NCBI GenBank assembly: GCA_963729625.1
Contig: CAVSOU010000010.1
Location: 640,001-704,000, forward strand
Direction: 5' to 3'
Length of the DNA: 64,000 nt
Source of the DNA: an uncultured bacterium
Lineage (GTDB): Bacteria; Chloroflexota; UBA5177; JANWHV01
Under the pieces are notes generated by a model. It worked only from the letters and a program-made list of their open reading frames with translations. It was not told the DNA's origin and did no database searches. The position numbers and the translations under genes were made by a program. Shown here one piece after another: positions 43,027 to 55,000 of this stretch (within the stretch, counting starts at the first letter, position 1; the number at the start of each line of letters is the position of its first letter).

Positions 43027-44521
43027 CCAGCGACTTCCAGCCCCAACGGAATCGCCTGGCAGCGTTCGGCCGCACGACGTGCTCGCCATCAGCGCTGGCA
43101 AGAACTGCCGTCGCCAGGAGTGGCAGGATCAGGAAATACGTGTGCAGGCTCCGCCAGGCGAAAGCGAGGCATACCAGTGGAAGCAGCATGGCCAGGCCGG
43201 GCGCACTGAGGCATCGACGAGTGAAGAGCCGAAACGCCAGGCAATAGGCGACAAGCTCGATCGCAACGTAGAGCAACGGAGGACCGATCTGCTGCTTGAG
43301 CAGTGCGATCGGTATCGCGACAATACCCACACCTTCCGCGAAGAGAGGGTCGCGCATCGGTCCCAGGATACCTGAAACCCAGTCGCCCGGGTTGAGCAGA
43401 ATGAACGGTAGGTTGCACAGAAAAAATACTACGACTGCCGGCAGCAGCCTGAGCCAGAGATCGCGCCATCCACCGGTACGCCAGCCGAGGTAGAGCAAGA
43501 ACGGCGCGAAAAACCATGCTTGCTGGCGCGTTGCGATAGCCAGACCAAGCATCAATCCCGCCGCAAGTGGCCGGCCTCTCAACTGCCAATACACGACCAG
43601 GATCATTGCGTAGAGCACGTCCGTGGCACCAACGGCGGAATCCAGAAGCAGCGGCGCATCCCCTAGCAGCAATAGCATCGTGACCAGCTGAATGCGCCGG
43701 TCGGCGCCGCGGTAGATCAGGTAGGAGGCGACAAACACCGCGCCGAGGAACAGCCCGACAAGATCGCGGACTCCCAGAGCCCACGCGACCACGCCGATGA
43801 GTATCGCTCCGCCCGGGTAGTTAAACCGCGTCTCGAACTCGCTCGAAACGTAGCTTGAGTTATGCTTCTCCTGGCTCAGGTCTTTCCAGTACCGGCTCCA
43901 CATCAAATTGTCGAACTGCTTCGACCCCAAACCGCCGTGTGCCCCTCCGCCGCTTGGATAGGTGGACAGGCTCCAAAAGGCGCCTGCACGAATGGGCGTG
44001 GTCTGGTTGAAAGCCAGGCCATGGCTGTTCAAACATGTGAGCATGTGCACGTTCGTATACGGATCGTGCCCATGCATGAAGAGCTGCGTAGCGCAGTCCG
44101 TCGCGGCACCGGCATCGACCGCGTACCTGTTCCGCTCGGAAAGATGCGGTACCAGCAGCCAGATCTGCACGACAGTGTTCACCGCAAGACCGGCGACGAT
44201 TGCCGTCGTGACCAACCTCATGCGCACTGGAGCCGTGCGCTGGTCGGCGTGCACGATGGCCACGTAGAGCGTGCCAAAGAGGACCACCAGGGAGCACGTT
44301 GTGGCAAGAGTCAGCGGGACGCTGTCGCGCATGAAACTGTGGTTGACTCCTTGCAACACAAGGAGCGCAATCGTGGCCACTCCCACCGGCAGTGCCCAGC
44401 CCGGCACGAGCGCATCGGCAATCCCACGCGCAAGAGACGCGCTCGATGCCCCAATTGATTCGTCAGAAGACCACCCGATGCCGTCTGCAGATTGGTCGCG
44501 CACAACCGGACTCGCTTCCAT
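43007..44521 (-). CDS. Polytopic membrane protein, probable GT-C fold glycosyltransferase (GT87/DUF2029-like)
   Basis: More than 10 TM segments; YAVD...ATQLFMHGHDPY, FNYP, GLAIATRQQAWFFAPFL. Confidence 0.65.
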   Translation of the reverse strand: MEASPVVRDQSADGIGWSSDESIGASSASLARGIADALVPGWALPVGVATIALLVLQGVNHSFMRDSVPLTLATTCSLVVLFGTLYVAIVHADQRTAPVRMRLVTTAIVAGLAVNTVVQIWLLVPHLSERNRYAVDAGAATDCATQLFMHGHDPYTNVHMLTCLNSHGLAFNQTTPIRAGAFWSLSTYPSGGGAHGGLGSKQFDNLMWSRYWKDLSQEKHNSSYVSSEFETRFNYPGGAILIGVVAWALGVRDLVGLFLGAVFVASYLIYRGADRRIQLVTMLLLLGDAPLLLDSAVGATDVLYAMILVVYWQLRGRPLAAGLMLGLAIATRQQAWFFAPFLLYLGWRTGGWRDLWLRLLPAVVVFFLCNLPFILLNPGDWVSGILGPMRDPLFAEGVGIVAIPIALLKQQIGPPLLYVAIELVAYCLAFRLFTRRCLSAPGLAMLLPLVCLAFAWRSLHTYFLILPLLATAVLASADGEHVVRPNAARRFRWGWKSLVSASTR

Positions 44522-44828
44522 CTACTACGCTCGATCTGCTGTTGAGGGCGCGGCCTTTCCAACGCTTGGGCGACAGTACTGCCTCCAATAGTAACATTCC
44601 TTCGAGCATCCCGCTTATGGGGGAGGCCGGCATCGCACCACCTTGTACGACTCAGTGCGTGGCCTCCTGCCGGTCGGTAATGGAACCTGACTTCATGAGG
44701 ATAGAATCCCTCCGTCATGCGGAAGCTCAGCGCCACATATGGCGTGTGAGGCAGCGGCAGGCAATGTCGCATGGTCACCGTTTGCCACGACCCAGGCAGA
44801 CCGGCATCATGTACGGGTAAGGGGCAGC

Positions 44829-46031
44829 ATGAGCGACGATACCGTTTATCTGGACTTTGCCGCGACGACGCCTGTGGACGCGCGCGTCATCGAAGCAATG
44901 CTGCCCTACTTTGGAGAATTGTTCGGCAATCCGTCAAGCGTCTACACGCAGGCGCGTACCGCGCGCCAAGCGGTGGATCGCGCGCGCGGCACGGTTGCCT
45001 CGCTCCTTGGCGCCATGGCCAGCGAGGTCATCTTCACAAGCGGTGGAACGGAGAGCGACAACGCCGCGATCAAGGGCGCGATCTGGGCAAATCGCGAGCG
45101 AGGCAATCACGTGGTAACCACGCAGATCGAGCATCACGCGGTAATCCACACATGCGAGTGGTTACAGCGCTTCGGCGTCGAGACCACCTATGTGCCTGTC
45201 GAGAGCGACGGCATCGTCGATCCCGCGGCGATTGCCAAGGCAATGCGGCCCACAACCGTCCTTGTCTCGACAATGCATGCAAATAACGAGATCGGCACTC
45301 TCCAGCCCCTGGCCGAGATTGCCGAGATCGCGCACGCGCACGGCGCGCTCCTGCACACCGACGCGGTGCAGACCGCAGGCCAGCTTCCTCTCGACGTGAG
45401 CGCTCTTGGCGTCGATATGCTGAGCCTCTCGGCGCACAAGTTCTACGGCCCAAAGGGAATCGGCGTCCTGTTCGTGCGGCGAGGCTGTCCATGGCTCCCC
45501 ACGCAGCAGGGTGGGGGCCAGGAGCGGGGCCGGCGAGCAGGCACGGAGAACGTCGCTTCGGTAGTGGGGCTCGCAACGGCGCTGGCGTTGGCCCGCGACT
45601 CGATGAGCCGGGAAGCCGAGCGCTCGCGTTTGCTCCGCGACCGACTTATTACGGGGATCTTGAGTCGGGTTCCAGGCAGCGTCGTGAATGGGCACCGCGA
45701 GCGGCGCCTGCCGAACAACGCCAACTTCACCTTTATCGGGGTCGATGGCGAGTCGATGCTGCTGAATCTCGACATGCAGGGCGTTGCAGCGTCAAGCGGC
45801 TCGGCCTGTACGGCCGGCTCAATCGACCCATCACATGTCCTGCTGGCTCTCGGAATGCCTCGCGATCTAGCCGCCAGCGCTCTCCGGTTGAGCCTCGGCA
45901 GAAGCACGACGGACGCGCATATCGATCGCGTGCTCGATATCTTGCCGGCGGTAGTTGCGCGGCTACGCGCCATCAATAGGAAGCAGTCCGTTGCACGGGC
46001 AGAGCGCACTGGCGCGCCGGAAAGCGCATAG
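44829..46031 (+). CDS. iscS: Cysteine desulfurase (IscS/NifS class)
   Basis: YLDFAATTP, FGNPSS, HTDAVQ, SAHKFYGPKG, SSGSACT. Confidence 0.95.
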   Translation: MSDDTVYLDFAATTPVDARVIEAMLPYFGELFGNPSSVYTQARTARQAVDRARGTVASLLGAMASEVIFTSGGTESDNAAIKGAIWANRERGNHVVTTQIEHHAVIHTCEWLQRFGVETTYVPVESDGIVDPAAIAKAMRPTTVLVSTMHANNEIGTLQPLAEIAEIAHAHGALLHTDAVQTAGQLPLDVSALGVDMLSLSAHKFYGPKGIGVLFVRRGCPWLPTQQGGGQERGRRAGTENVASVVGLATALALARDSMSREAERSRLLRDRLITGILSRVPGSVVNGHRERRLPNNANFTFIGVDGESMLLNLDMQGVAASSGSACTAGSIDPSHVLLALGMPRDLAASALRLSLGRSTTDAHIDRVLDILPAVVARLRAINRKQSVARAERTGAPESA

Positions 46032-46048
46032 ACAGGCAACCGGCGCCG

Positions 46049-47089
46049 TCAATCCGACGACAGCGTCTCCTCACGCGGCGTATACTCCGCAAGATCGCGC
46101 CGGATCGCTCCGGCCAGGTCAGCACGCGCCATACGGTCGGCCAGTCGGATGCCCTGTATGATTGCACGCGCTTTCGATCGGCCATGGCAATTGATCAGCA
46201 CTCCGTCAACGCCCAGCACGGGTACGCCGCCATATTCGGCGTAATCGACACGCGCGCGCATCTTATTGATCGCGGGCCTGACCAAAATGCTTCCGATCTT
46301 CGCCCGCAGCGAGCTCTGCAGTGTCTCCTGCAGCAGGCTCGTGACGACGCCTACCGTGCCTTCCATCGTCTTGAGAATCGCATTGCCGGTGAATCCATCA
46401 CAGACGACCACATCGGCGACGCTCTTGGCAATTCCGTTCCCCTCGATGTTCCCGACAAAATTGAGGCCACTGGCACGCAAGAGATCGAAGGCAGCCAGCG
46501 TAAGCGCGGAGCCCTTCCCCTCCTCGGTGCCGTTGCTGACCAGCCCGACGCGAGGATTTGCAAGTCCATGCGCGGTGCGCATATACACGACGCCCATATG
46601 CGCAAACTGCACCAGCCACTGCGGCTTGCAGTCGGAGTTGGCGCCCATATCGACCAGGAAGGCATGACCAGTTCTGGTTGGAACGACGCCGCCGAAAGCC
46701 GGACGATCGATCCCCGGTAAACGCTTGAGGATGAAGATACCCGCGGCCATGATGGCGCCGCTATTGCCGGCCGAGACAGCAGCGCCGGCCCTGCCTTCGC
46801 GCACCAAGCCGACGGCAACCGGCATCGACGCATTGGGCTTCGCGCGCAACGCTCTGGCCGGATGCTCGTGCATCTCGATCGTGTCCGGTGCGTGCAGGAC
46901 CGTGATGCCGGCAGGTGTCGGTCCGTGCTTCGAGAGCTCCGCACTAATGAGGATTTCATCGCCCACCAGGCACACAGCAATGCCATAGTCACGCGCGGCG
47001 GCAACCGCGGCGGCGACCTGCTCATCCGGCGCGTGATCGCCACCCATGGCATCGAGCGCTATGGGAAGGTTGGCTAGTGGTGCGGCCAT
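46049..47089 (-). CDS. plsX: Phosphate acyltransferase PlsX
   Basis: IALDAMGGDHAP, SAGNSGA, GIDRPA, DGFTGN, CHGRS. Confidence 0.97.
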   Translation of the reverse strand: MAAPLANLPIALDAMGGDHAPDEQVAAAVAAARDYGIAVCLVGDEILISAELSKHGPTPAGITVLHAPDTIEMHEHPARALRAKPNASMPVAVGLVREGRAGAAVSAGNSGAIMAAGIFILKRLPGIDRPAFGGVVPTRTGHAFLVDMGANSDCKPQWLVQFAHMGVVYMRTAHGLANPRVGLVSNGTEEGKGSALTLAAFDLLRASGLNFVGNIEGNGIAKSVADVVVCDGFTGNAILKTMEGTVGVVTSLLQETLQSSLRAKIGSILVRPAINKMRARVDYAEYGGVPVLGVDGVLINCHGRSKARAIIQGIRLADRMARADLAGAIRRDLAEYTPREETLSSD

Positions 47090-47241
47090 TGCGGTGTCGT
47101 GATTCCCCTAACAGCAATTATAGAAGGAAGTCGGGCTGCCACCCCGCCGCATCGACACGCTCGTGACGCAGGGAGCATTCACCCGGCAGGCACGCCTGTG
47201 TTCTGCTTGTGTCTGCCACGCCCTGACGGGAAGGCCCCGCG

Positions 47242-49350
<2,109 letters not shown>

Positions 49351-49383
49351 TCACCACCCCAAATCGAGAATGGTTCTCAAGGC

Positions 49384-49412
49384 TTGACACGACCTTGCTC
49401 GCTGAGTAAACT
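49384..49412 (+). promoter_or_regulatory. tRNA operon promoter
   Basis: TTGACA-17bp-TAAACT. Confidence 0.75.
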
Positions 49413-49472
49413 AACCCTTGTTGTGAGCAGGTCCGGCAGCCGCCTGGGCTGGTCTCTGTCGGCAAGTGTCAG

Positions 49473-49545
49473 GCCGAGATAGCTCAGTTGGTAGAGCACG
49501 CGACTGAAAATCGCGGTGTCCGCAGTTCAATTCTGCGTCTCGGCA
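49473..49545 (+). tRNA. tRNA-Phe (GAA), CCA not fully encoded
   Basis: GCCGAGA...TCTCGGC-A; anticodon arm CGCGA-CTGAAAA-TCGCG. Confidence 0.97.
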
Positions 49546-49549
49546 CCTT

Positions 49550-49624
49550 GCGGAAGTGGCTCAGTGGTAGAGCATCTCCTTGCCAAGGAGAGGGTCGCCG
49601 GTTCGATCCCGGTCTTCCGCTCCA
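49550..49624 (+). tRNA. tRNA-Gly (GCC)
   Basis: GCGGAAG...CTTCCGC-TCCA; anticodon arm TCTCC-TTGCCAA-GGAGA. Confidence 0.97.
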
Positions 49625-49628
49625 GAGT

Positions 49629-49656
49629 AAAACCCCCTCGTATTGAGGGGGTTTCT
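49629..49656 (+). terminator. Terminator after the tRNA pair
   Basis: AAACCCCCTC-GTATT-GAGGGGGTTT. Confidence 0.75.
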
Positions 49657-49664
49657 GATTGCTT

Positions 49665-49692
49665 GGTCACGGATTTGGTCACAAAGGGTCAC
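49665..49692. repeat. Three GGTCAC direct repeats, probable integrase arm-type sites
   Basis: GGTCAC at 49665, 49677 and 49687, between tRNA-Gly and the integrase 3' end. Confidence 0.5.
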
Positions 49693-49704
49693 GGGACCCA
49701 GTTC

Positions 49705-50185
49705 CTACCCATATAAGGCAGTCGCGATGGCCGCCGCCGCGGCGTCTTCCATGCCTTCGGTGACGTGCCCGTACATGTCGCCAGTGGTTGACTGACGGCC
49801 GCGCGTGGCCCAGCCGCTTGGACACTGCCAGCAACGGCACGCCGCACTCCATGGCCAGCGCTGCGGACGTGTGGCGAATGTCGTGAATTCGGATGCGGGG
49901 CACGCCGGCATGCTTCACCAGCTCGTCGTAGCGGCGCGCCAAGTTCCTGGGGCTGTGCGGTGTGCCGACGGCCGTCGGGAATACCGGCCCGTGCTCCTGC
50001 CACACTTCGCCAGCCTTTCGACGCTTGAAAGCGGTAGTGTCCTTCCAGGTCTTGAGTGCATCGCGCGATACCGAACTGATCAGCACGACTCGCCGACTCT
50101 TTGGCGTCTTCGTGCCATTGATGATGGTCTTGGAACCGCCGACGACCGTAACCGTCTTCACGATGCGGATTGACGACCCGTACTC
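49705..50185 (-). pseudogene. Tyrosine recombinase/integrase C-terminal remnant (frameshifted, 5' truncated)
   Basis: TKTPKSRR, RIHDIRHT, KRLGHARPS, then a frameshift to TTGDMYGHV caused by TGAC duplication at 49789-49796. Confidence 0.9.
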
Positions 50186-50373
50186 TTCGCAGCGGCGACC
50201 CGCTAACGTGACAGTAACAGTATCATCACGACGAATAACGTGGACACCGCCGCAGCCGACGCAGTCTACAAGTTGAGCTGTTGGGCGCAGCTTCGAGCGG
50301 GGTGCCGCTGTGAACAACGTCGGGCGGCAGCGCCTGCACCTTGGACACTCGTTGGTTGAAAGGAAGACGCTAC

Positions 50374-51477
50374 ATGGCTAGTGCCGAGCACGCCCCGACC
50401 GTTGTTGACCAGTCGGTACTCGACGATCTGCACGCGCGACTCCGCGTCTACCGACGAGTCGCCGTCCCCGCAGGCTTCGGATGGACGCGCGGCGTCGACG
50501 GCGACTACCTCGCAGACCTCATGGCCTACTGGGCCGACTCCTACGACTGGCGGGCACACGAAACCCGGCTCCGCGGCCTGCCGTGGGTTCTGGCGGGCCA
50601 GCACGGCACGCCGATTCGAGCAGTCCACCTGCGAGCGACGGCAGCCGACGCCGTTCCGGTGGTACTCCTTCATGGATGGCCCGACTCGATCCTGCGATTC
50701 GAGAAGGTCCTACCAATGCTAACCGACCTTCATCTGCTCGTCCCGGCCTTGCCCGGGTTCCCATTCGCGGCGCCGGTGGCCCGCCGCGGCATGTCGTCCT
50801 CGGACATGGCCGAAGCGATCGCGCAGGCGATATCCGAGCTCGGCTACGAACGCTACGTCGTCTCTGCTGGCGACGTGGGCTGCGATGTTGCCGAAGCGCT
50901 GGCTGCCAGTCACCCAGATCGGGTCGCTGCCCTGCACCTTACCGACGTATCCCAGTTGCACTTCCTGGTGAATCCTCCGCAGAACTTGTCCGACGAGGAG
51001 CGTGACTACGTCCGACACGGTCATCACTGGCAGGCGACCGAGGGCGGTTACATGCACGAACAGTCGACCAAGCCACATACGCTGGCGGTGGCCCTGGGCG
51101 ACTCGCCTGCAGGCCTCGCCGCCTGGATCCTGGAGAAGCTGCGCACATGGACGGACTGCGGCGGCGATGTGGAGACCGTGTTCACTCGGGACGAGCTGCT
51201 TACATGGATTACCGCATACTGGGTCAGCGGCGCTATAGGCACCTCCTTCACTCCCTACGCCGAGAGCGGGTCGAAACCGATCGGGCGAATCGGCGTCCCA
51301 ACGGCTGTCACGATCTTCCCGAGGGACCTCGTCAACGCCCCCCGGGAGTTTGCGGCGCGCATCTTTGACATCCGATCCTGGACTGATGAACCAGCCGGCG
51401 GTCACTTTGCGGCATGGGAGCGTCCGTCGGAGTATGTCGCTGGGATTCGGACAGCTGTTGGTCTCGCGAATACCTAA
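50374..51477 (+). CDS. Epoxide hydrolase (EHN-type alpha/beta hydrolase)
   Basis: YLADLMAYWADSYDWR, LLHGWP, AGDVG nucleophile elbow, DSPAGLAAWILEK, GGHFAAWERP. Confidence 0.93.
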   Translation: MASAEHAPTVVDQSVLDDLHARLRVYRRVAVPAGFGWTRGVDGDYLADLMAYWADSYDWRAHETRLRGLPWVLAGQHGTPIRAVHLRATAADAVPVVLLHGWPDSILRFEKVLPMLTDLHLLVPALPGFPFAAPVARRGMSSSDMAEAIAQAISELGYERYVVSAGDVGCDVAEALAASHPDRVAALHLTDVSQLHFLVNPPQNLSDEERDYVRHGHHWQATEGGYMHEQSTKPHTLAVALGDSPAGLAAWILEKLRTWTDCGGDVETVFTRDELLTWITAYWVSGAIGTSFTPYAESGSKPIGRIGVPTAVTIFPRDLVNAPREFAARIFDIRSWTDEPAGGHFAAWERPSEYVAGIRTAVGLANT

Positions 51478-51479
51478 GG

Positions 51480-51600
51480 CCTGTCGTGCACAGTGAGTGA
51501 CGGTCGCGGTCACCTGCTCGAAGATGGGCGCGCTCACGTGCCCGTGCACGTCGGTCTTGGTGCTCGGCTTGGCGTGGCCCAGCCGCCTGCCAAGCCCCTT
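51480..51600 (-). pseudogene. Second short integrase C-terminal remnant
   Basis: RRLGHAKPSTKTDVHGHV, with clear DNA similarity to 49760-49820. Confidence 0.7.
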
Positions 51601-52015
51601 GCGTGAAGTGTTATAATAGGAAATGGTTACAGGCGACCTACTGTATAGTGCCGAACGTCGCCATGCCCCGGCAGCAGGCCCCGATCCGGTGTGGTGGCTG
51701 CTCGCGTAGGTTCGCGATAGGGTGCGCTGGTAGGATTTCGGTAGTGCCGTGCCCCGAGACGGCGCGACAGGCGGAAACGACCTTGGCTGTCCGCTGATAA
51801 GGGCAGACATACGGGTGAGTTTTCCAACGGCAATGGCCCGCTAGCACAGGTGATGGCCGGGAGTGTGCTGCTCCTGGACGGGCAGGACGCCATAGTCGTG
51901 AGGACGGTCAAGCACGTCGGGCCCGTCACGCGTGCTGCACTGGCCGTGGGCCAGGGTCTCCGGTGAATCGCGTTCAGATGGGATGGGTTCCGTCCCAGGA
52001 AGAAGGGCGACGACG

Positions 52016-55000
52016 ATGGGCAGCGCGCTACGGATCGCCTTGGGGTTTCTGCTTGTAAGCCTGACGGTGACCTCGAAAGGGCTTGCCCAGCCAGGTTTGC
52101 CACGGGCGAGCACCATGGCCTCGGCGACAAGCACGCACATGCTCCACAGGCAACTGGAAACCGGGCCACTGCCCGTCACGGCCGGCGGCTCACACCGGTT
52201 GGTGTACGTACCGCTGCCGGGCGCGCCAGCCCAGCCGACAGGCGAGTCTTTCGCGGCACCGCACGCGGCGACAGCCGGCCCCCTCGCGCTCACGGCGCCC
52301 GCAGCATGCCAAGCGCCCGCTTCAGTGCAAACGATTGCCCTAAAGCTGCTGGTCATCGCGGCCGACGGGACCGAAGCCGATTTGCCGGCGATCAAGCAAT
52401 CACTCGACTACATGGGCACCCCGTACGACGTCTATGTTGCCGCTCAGCATCCCAACGGCCTGACGTCAGCCGTACTGTGGAACGGCGCGCAAGGCCGCTA
52501 CCAGGGAGTCATCCTGACCGAGGGTAACCTCACGTACTTCAACGGCAGTGCCTATGTGAGCGCGCTGAGCGCGACGGAGTGGGGGAATCTGTGGAGCTAC
52601 GCGGCCACATTCTGCATACGCATTCTCAGCTGGTATACGTATCCATCACCTTCCTATGGCTTCAACTTTCCGTCGGGTGCAGACGCTAATCCTGTGGCGG
52701 CAACGTTCACTGCCAACGGCCAGCAGGTGTTCGGCAACTACGTGAACACTACGGTGCCGTTGACCATTGGGACGAGCCTTCCCGGGTCGGGAGCCTGGGT
52801 CTATCACGCAACGGTGGCCAGTGATGGCCTGTCCACTCCACTGCTCACCGACGCCGCCGGCAACGCACTCTCTGTCGTACACACCGATCCAATTAGCGGG
52901 TACCAGACGCTCGCCTTGGCCTTCGACAGCAATGCGTTTCTTACCCACAATCTCGTCCTCGCCTATGGTCTCGTGAACTGGGTGACCCAGGGGCTGTTCT
53001 TGGGACAGCGGCACGTCTACCTCAGCCCGCAGGCCGACGATTTCTTCATCGACGACGACGAATGGCTGCTGAAACATCCGACCTCGGGTGGCCCCTACCC
53101 TGCATGTAGCGCGGCTACGGACGCTCCGGGTAATGCGACCTACAGGATGACCGGTGCAGACCTGACGACGTTCGATGGCTGGCTGAAAGGCGTCCATGGG
53201 CAGCCAATCACGGCAAACCTTGGCTTCAGTTTCGCGTTCAATGGCGTGGGGGCCGCCGACCCCACGGATTGGGGGCTTGTGTCGCTTCCAGATAGCCTCG
53301 TGGCCGCTCTCCCAACCGCGCAGTCGGATTTCAGCTGGATCAGCCACACGTACGACCACGGCAACCTGAACCTCCCGTTTCCGACCGACACAAACCTTAC
53401 CTACACGCAAGAACTGACCCTCAACGACCAGGAGGCCACTTCCCTGAAACTCACGAACTACAACAGAGACGATATGGTCAACCCGGAATACTCGGGCATG
53501 TCGAATCCCGACTTCCTGAGCGTCGCCGTGGGCTACGGTATGCGCTACATCGTGGGAGATACGTCGCACACCGGCGCGGATGCCTCAGACCCCGACCCCG
53601 CCAACTACAGCAGTTTGCCGCCGAATGCAGGCATCTACAATACGTATCAGCCTATCATTCTGACGATCCCCCGCCATCCGACCAATCTCTATTACAACGT
53701 CACGAGCCCCGGGGAATGGCTGGCCGAGGACAACTGCCTCTACCCTTCGGGTGCGGACGGGCACGTCAGCACCTATGCGCAGCTGGTCGACAGGGAAAGC
53801 AGTGTCCTCCTGACCTATATGCTCAAAGGTGACATTGACCCCTTGATGTTCCACGTGGCGAACCTCAGGGCATACGACCCAGCCGGGGATTCGCTGATGA
53901 GCGATCTCCTGAACGCCACGTTAACCAAGTACAAGGGCTACTTCACGCTGCCCATCGTGAGCCCAAACATGGACGGCATCGGACAGCAAATGGCAGCCCG
54001 GATGCAATACAACGGTGGCGGCATTTCAGGCTTCGTTACCCGAGATAGCACAGGTGTCTGGCAAACCATCACGATCAGCGGCACGACAGCAGCCGTGGTC
54101 CCGGTTACCGGGCTGGACGCGACAGGTAACGAACTCTACGGAGGCCAGAATATCTCTCATCTCGCGCTCGCCGCTGGGCAGACGCTTAGCTGCTCCCTGT
54201 CGACAGGTATCTGTGGGACTATCCCGGTGCCGCCCACGAGCACGTCAACCCCCATCCCGGTACCGCCCACCAGTACGGTAACGCGCACCGGCACGCCCAC
54301 CAGTACGGCCACCAGCACCCCGATGTCGCCCACCAGTACGGCTACACGCACCAGCACGGCCACGGCTACGCGCACCGGCACGCCCACCAGTACGGCCACC
54401 AGCACCCCGGTGTCGCCCACCAGTACGGCGACGCGCACCGGCACGCCCACGGCTACGCGCACCGGCACGCTCACCAGTACGGCCACCAGCACCCCGATGT
54501 CGCCTACCAGTACGGCCACACGTACCAGCACGTCCACGGCGACGCGCACCGGCACGCTCACCCCGGTACCGCCAACCAGCACGTCCACGGCCACGCGCAC
54601 CGGCACAGCCACGGCCACGCGCACCAGCACGTCCACGGCTACCGGCACGGCAGGCGCGGTGCCGACATCCACCGTTACCAGCACGCCCTCGGCTACGCGA
54701 ACCATCGCGCCTACGCTCACGGCTACGAGCACACCCGGTGCAGCGGGCTCGCTCACGCTGACGCCCGTCTCCTACACGACGACCTCGGGAAGCAGCGGCG
54801 GCCAGGCGGTCAGCGCGCTCTGGGTGAAGGACCAGTCCGGCACGCAGGATACCTGGAACGATTACGTCGAGTTCGACACCACCAGCGCGTCTCCATACTA
54901 TTCCGGGTATCGCACGTACACACTGCCCAGCAGCGTGTCACCGTCCTCGCTCACGTCGCTGCAGGTGCAGACGAACTTCATCGGGCAGGCCGTGACCGCC

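Noticed and set aside
44530-44828. SAM-type riboswitch upstream of the cysteine desulfurase
   Set aside because: Hairpins are present but no recognisable SAM-I/II/IV consensus elements
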